NCBI RefSeq assembly: GCF_020745735.1
Contig: NC_083403.1
Coordinates: forward strand, 68,047,003 to 68,111,002
Direction of reading: 5' to 3'
Length of the DNA: 64,000 nucleotides
Source: Hemiscyllium ocellatum
Taxonomy: Eukaryota
A program made the translations under genes and the position numbers. The notes under the pieces are model-generated. The model was not told where the DNA came from. It did no database searches and saw only the letters and a program-made list of their open reading frames with translations. This document shows, one piece after another, positions 35,701-46,680 of the stretch. The first letter of the stretch is position 1; every line of letters starts with the position of its first letter.

Positions 35701-38640
35701 TATCCTGGAACATTAAGCTGCCAGTCCTGCCCATCCCTGAGCCATGTTTCTGTAATTGCTATGATTTCCCAGTCCTATGATATTAACCATGCCCTGAGTT
35801 CATCTGCCTTCCCTGTTAGGCCCCTTGCATTGAAATAAATGCAGTTTAATTTCTTAGTCCTACCTTGTCCCTGCCTGCCCTGACTGTTTGACTCACTTCT
35901 GTTCTCAGCTGTACCCGTCTCACATCGATCTCTTTCCTCACTATCTCCCTGGGTCTCACCCCACCCTCCCAACCTTACTAGTTTAAATCCTCCCAAGCAG
36001 TTCTAACAAATTTCCCTGCCAGTATATTAGTCCCCTTCCAATTTAGGTGCAATCTGTCCTTCTTGTACAGGTCACTTCTACCCCAAAAGAGATTCCAATG
36101 ATCCAAAAATGTGAATCCTTCTCCCATACACCAGCTCCTCAGCCATGCATTCATCTGCTCTGTCCTCCTATTCCTGCCCTCACTAGCTTGTAGCACTGGG
36201 AGTAATCCAAATATTACTACCCTTGAGGTCCTCCTTTTTAAATTTCTGCCTAACTCTCTGTAATCTCCCTTCAGAATTTCAACCTTTTCCCTTCCAATGT
36301 CGTTGGTTCCAATATGGACAATGACCTCCTGTTGGCCCCTCTCTCCCGTGAGAACATTCTGCACCCTCTCTGAGACATCCTTGATCCTGGCACCAGGGAA
36401 ACAACACACCATCCTGCTTTTCTGCTGGCTACAGAAATGTCTGTCTGTACTTCTGACTACAGAATCCCTAGCACAATTGATCTCGTGGAAACCGACATAC
36501 CCCTCATTGCATTAGAGCCAATCTCAATACCAGAAATTTGGCTGTTTGTGCTATGTTCCCCTGAGAATCCATCACCCCCTACATTTTCCAAAACAGCATA
36601 CCTGTTTGAAATGGGTATGTCCACAAAAGACTCCTGCACTAGCTGCCTACCTCTCTTACCCTTTCTGGAGTTAACCCATCTATGTGACTGTATCTGAGAC
36701 ATTCCCCCTTTCCTATAACTGCCATTCATCACATACTGTTGCTGTTGCAAATTCCTCATTGCTTCTATTTGTCTCTCCAACAGATCCACTTGATCTGATA
36801 AGGTTCACATCCAACAGCATTTATGGCAGATATAATCCGCAGTAACCCTTAAACTCGCTTTAAACTCCCACATCTGACAAGAAGTACATATCACTGAAAA
36901 GGCCATTTTTGCTTCTTCACAATCTACAGGCCCAGAAAATAACACTGTTTTATTCCTCTACAAAACATTGTACCAGGTTAAATTCATAGTTATGGCTTAT
37001 ATTTTAAGTTTAATCAAGAGACTTATCTCCAAAAAAACATATAATCAAGAAAGAATCCACCATACTCACTACTGCAGCCTTTCTCTTGGACAGACTTAAA
37101 ATAACAATTAACTTATCTGATTCAGTGCTGTGAACTTCAGCCAACAGTTCCTCCAAGATTAGTTGTGAATTTCACTGTTTGTTAATTTTCCCGGATGCAC
37201 TTCGATGTCCAGCGATACACGAATTCAAACAGCAAAGGCAGTAACTGTGCAGGTTCTCTCCCTCTCTCTCTCCTGCACTGTCCTCACCATGTGCTTCCTT
37301 TATCTGCACTTCTCCCTTTTAAACTGCTGTTGTTTTGACTTTTTATTCCAAAGTTCCAAAACAATGCAACAGCATATAAAACAGTAATTGCTGCTCCTGG
37401 AATTCGAGGAATTCACCTCCAACACCGAAAATACCTTAATAAAAGGAGCAACTCTTACAACCAGAAATTTTTCCCGTCCTCCATCTTGAATTACCCAGAA
37501 TAGGGTGAAATGTAGGAGCAACAACTCCTGAGAACCCTGGATGTGTAGGAATATTCAGGACTTGATAAGAAGGAAAAGGGAGGCTTTTAATAGATACATA
37601 AGTACAAATCAACGGGGTCCTGAGTACACTACAGAGGGGACCTTATGACAGCAATTAGAGCAAAAGAGGGGAACGTGAAAATAATGTGGTAGATTTATTA
37701 GGAAGAATTCAAAGATGTTCTATAAGTATGTCCATGGAAAAGGATAACCAGGGAAATAGGCCCATATGTGTGTGGAGCAGAGGACAGTAGTAGGGTGTCA
37801 AATGTGTTTCATACCTGTATTTAGTTTGGAGGACAACGGTGCAAAATTCAGGAAGAGAGACTATCAGGTTCTTCAGCAGATTGACATCTATTATGAGGGG
37901 ATATTGGAGATTTTGGCAGGCTTATAATTAGGTTCTGTTAGAGCTGTACAGAACTTTGGTTAGGCCACAGTTGGAGTACTGTGTGCAGTTCTGGTCACTG
38001 CACTATAGGAGGGGTGTGATTGCACTGGGAAGGTACAAAAGAGATTGTCTATAAAGAGAGGCTAGATAAGCTCAGGTTCTTTTATTTAGAGCAGAGAAGG
38101 CTGAGAGTGGACCTGACTGAGGTGTTTTAGAATATGAGGTGCTTCGATAGGATAGAAAACAGTCGTTTCCCTTAGTTGAAGGGTCAATAACACAGGGGGC
38201 ATAATTTTAAGGTGAAAGGAAGGAGTTTTAAAGAGGATTTGGGACAATTCTTTTCACCCAAAGATTGGTGGGAATCTTAGGTGGAATAAATCTAAGTACT
38301 CTCATTAAACAAATGAATGTAACTATAGGCAGGATTTGTTAGACATGATAGAAAACAGATGTTTCCCAGAAGGGTCAATAACACAGAGGCATAATTTTAA
38401 CATAAAAGGCAGGAGTTTAATTGACCATTTGGGAAAAAAGTTTTTCACCCAAAGGCTGAGTTGAGGCAGGAAACCTCACAATCTTTAAAAAGTAATTGGA
38501 TGAGCATTTGAAATGTCATAGCTTTCAAGGTGATGGGCCAATTGCTGGAAAGTGGGAATGGTGTCGAGTCCCAGTAGTGTTTTGTCAGTATACACTCAAT
38601 GAACTGAAGAGTCTCTGCTGTATTGTATGATTCTATGATA
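32790..38640 (+). mobile_element. Older CR1 ORF2 remnant (32790-32958 and 37501-38640) split by the younger minus-strand CR1
   Basis: WEAFKVELVGVRSQYVPL before the insertion continues as RVKCRSNNS*EPWM after it. Later ELYRTLVRPQLEYCVQFWS (about 37940-38000) and a (tatgattc)-type tail at about 38625-38640. Confidence 0.75.
32956..37500 (-). mobile_element. Near full-length CR1 LINE (about 4.5 kb; ORF1 zinc finger/leucine zipper + SGNH esterase, ORF2 APE endonuclease + RT), frameshifted
   Basis: ORF1 from ATG 36906: MAFSVICTSCQMW..YICHKC, then CFPGARIKDV, VIVHIGTNDI, DRLHLN. ORF2 pieces: [72 protein letters not shown]. 3' tail of 8-bp (ACTCTATG)n repeats at 32956-32992. Confidence 0.95.
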
Positions 38641-38829
38641 CTCAGCACCCTCTGCTATCACATGAGTGGAATGCATAAGTATTCTTGAGGACGCGGTGTA
38701 TTTAGTATGTCTCAGCTATCTCATAAGGTTAATAACTAAAGATTACAGATGCATTCCAAATTGGAATAAACCCAAGTACTCTCAATAAATGAATGAATGT
38801 AACGCGAGGCAAGATTTGTTAGGACTAAT

Positions 38830-39225
38830 TTCACTGAAGTTTAGAAGAATGGGACGGGTTCTCATAGAAATAGGTAAAATTCTAAGAGGACTAGACGGGG
38901 TAAATACAGGAAGGATGACTGGGGAGTTAAGAACCAGGGGTCATGATTGAAGGGTACGAGGTAGGCCAATTCGAACTAGGACATGGAGAAATCTCTTCAC
39001 CAAGAGAGTGGTGAACCTGTGGACCTCTCTACCACAGAAAGCTGTTGATGCCAAATTATTGAATCCTTTCAAGAGGTGTTAGATTATAGTTTTTAAGATC
39101 AAAAGGGATCAAAGGGGGAAAGCGAGTATAGTGTACTGAGTTAAATGATCAGCTATATCCACATTGAATGGTGGTGCATGCTGAAAGGACTGAATGGCCT
39201 ACTCCTGGTCCTATGCTCGATGTTT
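38830..39225 (+). mobile_element. CR1 LINE 3' fragment
   Basis: gtttagaagaatg..ctcatagaaa..ttcttcaccaagagagtggtgaacctgtgg..gaatggcctactcctg: typical CR1 ORF2 end and 3' UTR. Confidence 0.65.
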
Positions 39226-39699
39226 TTACAGATGCATTTGTCCATTTCTTGTTCTTATGGTCAAGAAATATCTTTCTCTTAAAATGTCTAGAGGCTAGAA
39301 CTAATATTGGTCACCGTAGAGAATGACTGCTTAACACTCCTCCACTTAGTTTTGGCTGCTGCTAAATGCATTTATTTTATGTCTCTGATAGAAAAGAAAA
39401 TATTTAATGTAACTGCTTTGATTATCATAATTTTCAAAGTAAATCTTTCCTTTAGCCATGCAAGCTTCAGTTCTTATCTGTGATAGCAATATATACAGTA
39501 CTAATAGTGCAATGTTTTTGCCATCAATAATTTTTAGCAATTCAAGTTTCAAGGGATAGACCTAGGAATCTAATCAGAAGAGTCAAGCAAAAGATGTTTG
39601 ACTTATCTAATAAAAAATTGAAACAAGCTATATCTATTCCACATTTTTCACCAGTGCATTTCATGCTGGCATTATTTTCTCCGCACAGTATCACAGTAT

Positions 39700-40590
39700 A
39701 ATTGTGACAATACAGAAGGAGGTCCTTTGGCTCATTGCACTGACTCTCCAAATTCCCTTAGTGCCAATCTCTATCCTTCTCCCCATAACCCTGCACATTT
39801 GTCCTTTACCGACAACAGCCTCTGTTGAACCTGCCTGTACTGTACTCTTAGGCAGTGCATTCTGGAACTTAATAAGTTGCTTCATGAACAATTCTTTTCC
39901 TCTAAGTTGCCTTTCCTCTTGGTGCTAGTTATTTTAAATCAGTGTGTCATTCTTGGTCCTTTCACAAGTGGGAACAGGTTCTCCCTATTTACTGGGCAGC
40001 ATGGTGACTCAGTGGTTAGCACTGCTGCCTCACAGCGTCAGGGACCCGGGATCAATTGCCACCTCGGGCAACTGTCTATGTGGAGTTTGCATAATCTCCC
40101 CGAGTCTGCGTGGGTTTCCTCCGGGTGCTCTGGTTTCCTCCCACAGTCCAAAGACATGCAAGTCGGGCGAATTGACCATGCTAAATTGCCCGTCGTGTTA
40201 GGTGGATTAGTCAGGGATAAATATAGGGTGGTGGGTTTCTCCATGTAGGGTCGGCGTGGACATGTTGGACTGAAGGGCCTGTTTCCACACTGTAGGTAAC
40301 CTAATCTACTCTGACCAGACCCTTCACAATTTTCAATAACTATCAAATCTCCTCTCAGCTTACTCTTCTCAAAAGAAAGCAATTCCAGCTTCTCCAGTAT
40401 TCCTTCATAACCAAGCTCGTCTTCCCTGGCATCATTCTTGTGTATTGTTTCTGTACTGTCTCCAATGTCTTCACATCCATCCTAAACTGCAGTTCCTAGA
40501 ATGGACTCAATACTCAACAGAGGCTGAACTTAAGTTCCACATAACCTCCTTGTTCTTGTACACTATGTCCTCCATAACAAAGCGTAAGAT
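39700..40590 (-). mobile_element. CR1-like 3' fragment hosting a nested SINE
   Basis: LSFEKSKLRGDLI (ORF 40038-40382) and QNALPKSTVQAGSTEA (ORF 39691-39891) flank the SINE. Confidence 0.65.
39994..40308 (+). mobile_element. HE1/V-SINE-type SINE
   Basis: gggcagcatggtgactcagtggttagcactgctgcctcacagcg head, V-domain core, short aatct tail. Confidence 0.9.
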
Positions 40591-41754
40591 GTTATATGTG
40601 AAATAATTTCACACAGGCCGATATTCTGTCACCAAGTCACCCTTTATTTACATGTGGACAGTCCTTGACACTGATCCAGCTCCCTCAGAGCCAATTCTCA
40701 GACTGAGCAAGACGTGTAACTGTTCAGTTCTTATCAGTCACCCGGATTCCCCGACTGGACCCGATTAACAGCCCCAATCAGGGAAGTCATATTCTATGAG
40801 GTTCATCAGGTTGACCTCGTGATAATCGCTTTATTATTTTGTGACAAACGTATCATTTCATATCATAGATTTTCAGGGAATAAATATGCTCAGTGAAGAT
40901 TCTGCTTTAAAAGTCTATACATTTGAAATTACTTTTTGGATAAAGTATCTTCAAGATGCAGACCACTGGAGATCTTATCTATTACAGCGGAATGCTTCAA
41001 AATCTATAGAAATGTGTCTCAGTCTCGAGTCACCAAGGTGAGACATTTTGAATATACGCATTACTGCACAACAAAATGGGTCCTTCAAAGATGCTAAGCA
41101 GTGCTTTTTTTCCCTCAACATGAAACTGAGAGCTGATTGAATTGATTATTATGGCATTTGAAAAGCCAATTTCCTCAGCTCAAAGACAATACAGTGGTCT
41201 ACATCCAAGCTGTGAACTAATAATTCTTAACACAGTTGGAAAGGACATGCAACAGTCTGGAGCAGACACATTTAAGAATGGAAACTACATAATATCTGCA
41301 CACAATCTGAGGATGTAGAACGGGAAGAAGCAGACATTGGAGCAAACTCTCTCAGGAAAGACTTTTGATCAAGTAGAGAATAGTGGGAAAAGGTAAGGAA
41401 AATAAACTGAAGCTGGAGCACTTCAGACGAAAAAGGAACTTCTCTCACCATCTTAGAAGGTGCTGTTAATGAGGAGCTACATGTATAAGAAAATAGCATC
41501 TATTCAATATCAATGCCATCAGAGCTGCTGTGTCTGACTTCGGTGTTAACTTCTTTGCTGCAGCAATAAGGAACTCTAGCAATGAAATACCATCGATATG
41601 TGAACTACAAATGGAAACAGTTACTGCTTTAAACCAACGAGTCTATGGAAGAAGAGTCTGCAGTTTTAAAACAAGTTACTGAACTTACAGTGAGTTGTAG
41701 TTCCATTGTTGCTTGGTTCAATTAGTGCGGGAGGATTGCTTGGCTCATCAGCAT

Positions 41755-43415
41755 CATAGAGTTATAGGGATGTACTGCTTTGGTCCAACTCGTCCATGCC
41801 GACCAGATATCCGAACCTAATTTGGTCCCATTTGCCAGCACTTGGCCCATATCTCTCTAAACCCTTCCTATTCATGTATCCATTCAGATGTCTTTTAAAT
41901 GTTGTAATTGTACCAGCCTCCACCACTTCCTCTGGCAGCTCATTCAACACATGCACCACCCTCTGCATGAAGGTCCTTTGGTCCCTTTTAGACTTTTCCC
42001 CTCTCACCCTAAACCTATGCCCTCTAGTTCTGTGCTCCCCCATTCCAGGGAAAAGACCTAGTCTATTTACCCTATCCATGCCCCTCATGATTTTATAAAC
42101 CTCAATAAGGTCACTCTTCAGCCTCCAACACTCCAGGGAAAACAGCCCCAGCCTCTTCAGCCTTTTCCAGTAGCACAAATCGTCCTACCCTGGCAACATC
42201 CTTGTACATCTTTTCTGAACACTTTCAAGTTTCACAACATCCTTCCAATAGGAAGGAGACCAGAATTGCACACAATATTCCAAAAGTGGCCTAACCAATG
42301 TCCTGGGCAACCTCAACATGACCTCCCAACTCCTGTACTCAATACTATGACCAATAAATGAAAGCATACCAAACACACTGTCCTATCTATCTGCGAATCC
42401 ACTTTCAAGGAAATATGAGCCTGCATTCCAAGGTCTTTTTGTTCAACAATGCTTCCCAAGACGTTACCATTAAGTGTATAAGTCCTACTATGATTTGCTT
42501 TTCCAAAATGCGGCACTTTGTACTTATCTAAATTAAACATCTGCCATTCCTCAGCCCATTGGCCCATCTGATCATGATCCAATTTTACTCTCAGGTAACC
42601 TTCTTCGCTGTCCACTATACCTCCAATTTTGTTGTTATCTGCAAACTTACTAACTATACCTCCTATATTCACGTCCAAATCATTTGTATAAATGACAAAA
42701 GGCAATGGACCCAGCACCGATCTTTGTGGAACACCACTGCTCACAGTGCTCCAGTCTGAAATGCAACCCTCCACCACCACCTTCAAGTCAGTTCTGTATC
42801 CATATGGCTAATTCTCCCTGTATTCCATGAGATCTAACCTTGCCAACCAGTTTACCATGAAAAACCTTGTCGAGCGTCTTACTGAAGTCCATATAGATCA
42901 TGTCCACTGCTCTGCCCTCATCAATCGCCTTCGTTATTTCTTCACAAGACTCAATCAAGTTTGTGAGACATGATTTCCCATGCACAAAGCCATGTTGGCT
43001 ATCCCTAGTCAGTCCTTGCCTTTCCAAATGCATATAAATCCTATCCCTCAGGATTCCCTCCAACAACTTGCCAATCGTTGATGTCAGGCTCACTGGTCTA
43101 TAGTTTCCTGGCTTTTCCTTACAACCTTTCTTAAATAGTGTTACCACCTTAGCCAACTTCCAGTTTTCTGTCACCTCATCTGTGACTATCGATGATACAA
43201 ATACCTCAGCAAGGGGACCAGCAATCACTCCTCTAGCTTCCCACAGAGCTCTAGGGTACATCTGATCAGGTCCTGGGGATTTATCCAGTTGTATGCATTT
43301 TAAGACATCCAGCACCTCCTCCTCTGTAATATGGACATTATTCAAGATGTCACCATATATTTCCCCATATTCTTTATCATCCATGTCCTTCTCCATAGTA
43401 AACTCTGATGCAAAA
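41755..43415 (-). mobile_element. 5'-truncated CR1 LINE (RT domain and 3' UTR, about 1.65 kb)
   Basis: ORFs 42788-43423, 42313-42786, 42185-42376 and 41762-42178 are colinear with ORF2 of the full-length CR1 (NYRPVSLTS, DFSKTLDKV, GVPQRSVLGP, KFADNNKI). Confidence 0.93.
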
Positions 43416-43999
43416 ATGTGCATTCTAGGCAGTCACTCAGAGATAGGCTATTGGCTGTTTTTTTTAAATCAGGACTAGTTGGCTGCCTTCTAGGGTGCAC
43501 AGGCAGAGCAGATTTAATCATCACCCTCTCTTTATTCTTACATTGGCTAACATCAGCTGCTCATATATGTAGAACTCGTATATTTTGTAATAGTTCAGGC
43601 ATTAGAAGAATCATGCTTCCAAGATCATCAAGTTTGTGATTGCAAATTTCACATATGACATTTTCTTTTAACATTTACCACTTTTGTTGTGAATAGTAGT
43701 TTTCTATACCCTTTGGGTAAGCTCAAACATGTGAGACAAGAAGCTTCTAATTTCAAATGTGGACAATAAAAATTTTGTATTTTTGCAGGACATGTTAATA
43801 TTACAATGTAAACATTTGAAATAGAAATATGCCATTCTTAATAGTCTAAGTGTGTCTTAAGTCCACAAGCTTCTATTTTCTTTTTGATAACATTGACATA
43901 ACCATTGCAGTGAATTATAATGATGAAGTGAATTAAAAGATTCGAGTTCATTACTTTCATAGCACTTGAACAGTGAATTACCTTTAAAATTGAACTTAC

Positions 44000-44300
44000 A
44001 TGCACATACTCCAAATTCATATTTAGGTTTATCACCAGAATAGTCACAGTACAGGTTCTTGTGAGGGTCACAGGTGTCAGCTTCAGTGCAGAGCTCCCCA
44101 AATTGTTTTGCACAGGTTTTGCAACATCCACAGCCATCCGTAACCAGACTCACTCCAGGTAAACATAAAGGTTTGCGTGGACATTTGCACGGCCATTTGC
44201 AAAATTGTCTGCGTTCAGGAACGTCTTCAATTTCTGCTGTCTTCCTTCCAGTTTTCACTAGTGCTTGCTGCACATGACTCTGTGGTATCCTGCATAAGAA
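44000..44300 (-). CDS. CCN6: CCN6/WISP3 exon 2, IGFBP domain ([100 protein letters not shown])
   Basis: Acceptor tgtatctaAG|TTC at 44301/44300, donor T|GTaagt at 44000/43999; 301 nt, phase 0 to 1; GCGCCxxC IGFBP motif. FLCR start and P.R.QFC.WPC.CP match CCN6. Confidence 0.95.
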
Positions 44301-44824
44301 CTTAGATACAGTTAAAACATCTGAGGAATCTTGTCTCAAGGATGCTCTATCCCTGTTCTGCTGTCTTGAAAAAATAAGTTAAAAGTTTTGTGAATGGAAA
44401 TGTTTGCAATCATGTTGCAAAAAGTTCACATTTAACCTAGTGTCTTCGGGAGAGCTTCCACTTGCTACGGCTGATAATATTAGTGCAAACCTGGCAGAAT
44501 CAGTCATTCCAGTGCATAACATAGGGCACTTCAACCTGGGTTGAGGTTAAATTCACCTGCATCACATCCTGCTCACAAACCAGATCTTACCTTACCTTAA
44601 ATCAAAATTGCAAGATGCCATCCACTATTGTGATACGCAGAGAAGGCTCATCAATGTGCACTGAGTTTCTTGGACACAGAGACACTAACTGGCACATTTT
44701 AAACTGAAGTCTTTTTAAAAATAATAATGGGTACTAATCAAAGAATGATTCAGTAAAATTTTTAGTTATTTTTAATGATTCTAAATAGGGTCATCACGGG
44801 AGGATGAACTTAGCTTTGGTCATA

Positions 44825-45185
44825 GTGTGATAGAATCACAAAGTCATACAGCATGGAAACAGACCCTTCAGTACAACCAGTCCATGCTGAACCTAATCCC
44901 AAACTAAACTAATCCACCTTCTTGCTCCAGGCCAATATCTTTCCTATTCATGTACTTATCCAAATGTCTTTGAAATGTTGTAATTATACCCATATCCAGT
45001 TTCCTCAGGATGTTCATTCCACACATGAAGCACCCTTTGGACAAAACATTTGCCAATCATATCCTTTTTAAAGTTCTCTCCTCTCACTTTAAAAATGTGT
45101 CCCATAGTCTTGAACTCTCCCATCCTAGGGAAAAGACAACTACCATTAACCCTATCTATACCCCTCATTATTTTATAAACTTCCA
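44825..45185 (-). mobile_element. CR1 LINE 3' end fragment
   Basis: ORF 44956-45210: EVYKIMRGIDRVN..LFPRMGEFKTMGHIFKVRGE..FVQRVLHVWNEHPE. Confidence 0.85.
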
Positions 45186-45266
45186 TCCTGAAACACCAGA
45201 TTGACAGCATTAAATTAACAAAAAATTACATTCTATTATGCCATGCTATTTCACTGTTACATTTTT

Positions 45267-45579
45267 TTAGATTAGATTACTTACAGTATGGAAACAGGCC
45301 CTTCGGCCCAACAAGTCCACACCGACCCACCGAAGCGCAACCCACCCATACCCCTACATTTACCCCTTACCTAACATTACAGGCAATTTAGCATGGCCAA
45401 TTCACCTTACCTGCACATCTTTGGACTGTGGGAGGAAACCGGAGCACCCGGAGGAAGCCCACGCAGACACGGGGAGAACGTGCAAACGCCACACAGTCAG
45501 TCGCCTGAGTCGGGAATTGAACCCGGATCTCAGATGCTGCGAGGCAACAGTGCTAACCACTGTGCCACTGTGCCGCCCA
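45267..45579 (-). mobile_element. HE1/V-SINE-type SINE, full length, relatively young (CpGs retained)
   Basis: The minus strand begins gggcggcacagtggcacagtggttagcactg, with B box gggttcaattccc, V-domain core and (AATCT)n tail. Confidence 0.92.
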
Positions 45580-46179
45580 CAAGAAGATTGTATATTTAAA
45601 ACTATGCCAGTTAATAGATATTTATTAAATCAAAGGATTGATGACATAGTGTGGGGGTCTTGACATAAATGAGTCCATGTTTGGGTGGACTCTGACCACC
45701 TGAGAGTGTAATAATATTTCTTTTCAGTTTTGGCTTTCCATTCTGGTGCTGAAGTAAATAAGGTTCAGAGTTATTCTTCTTCATGGTGGCTGGTAAATAA
45801 ACACATCTGTTTTGTTAAAGATATATTTAGATCCAAAAGACCTTAGCTGATCTCGTCAGAGTAACAGACAGAGCATTCCATCTTAGTCTTGAACATACTT
45901 AGCAACAAATACATAAAAGTTCCTGTACACAAAAACCGAAAAAAAAACTATGGATGCTGAAAGTCAGAAACAACTAGATTGGGTTGGGATATCTGGTTGG
46001 CATGGCCGGGTTGGATCGAAGGGTCTGTTTCCATGCTGTACATCTCTATGGCTCTCTGATTATGCTGGAAAAGCTCAGCAAGTCTGACAGCATCCGTGGA
46101 GAGAAATCAGAGTTAACATTTTGTTAATGTTTCCAGTGACCCTTCTTCAGAAGATGCCCAGAAATTTCTAATTTTGTTT

Positions 46180-46680
46180 ATAAAAGATCCTCTGGTAGAG
46201 AAACGGTTCCGAGATGACTCAACGTCAGGATCAGAATCAACATCAAAATTCTCAGCCAAAGGACTACCGTTACCAAACTGTGCAAATAGTGTGTTTTGGG
46301 AGAGTTCTTCAGTGAAAGAACTGAAACCAACGTGCCCAATCTAAAAGATGACAGACTTAGCAAACAACCCAGGTCTTTTTCAAGATATAATTTCAGTTAC
46401 ATCTCACTGTAAACTTTTACTATAAATTCTGTGTCCTATACTCAGTAAGAAGGAGTCTACAGCTTCATACTTTATAATGCAGTATATTGCATTATGTTCA
46501 GCGTTTCAAGATAGCACCGGAGCATGACGGCACTTTGCGCGCAAAACATGAAAAAAACACTTCTCACTGTACCTTCTTATACTCCACAACCACCTGATGG
46601 AGGAGCAGTGCTCCAAAAACTAGTGCTTCCAAATAAACCTGTTGGACTATAACCTGGTGTTGTGTGATAAATTTTAACTC
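46180..46680 (+). mobile_element. Penelope-like 3' fragment (family C) with degenerate hammerhead, interrupted by a 135-bp insert (46441-46575)
   Basis: Terminal repeat cacctgatggaggagcagtgctccaaaaactagtgcttccaaataaacctgttggactataacctggtgttgtgtga, also seen at 54905-54990. Confidence 0.65.

Noticed and set aside
44301-44339. Upstream in-frame extension ([13 protein letters not shown]) as the CCN6 N-terminus
   Set aside because: It begins at a non-ATG codon, is not signal-peptide-like and lies in the intron; a proper signal-peptide exon with a consensus donor exists at 56029-55982.
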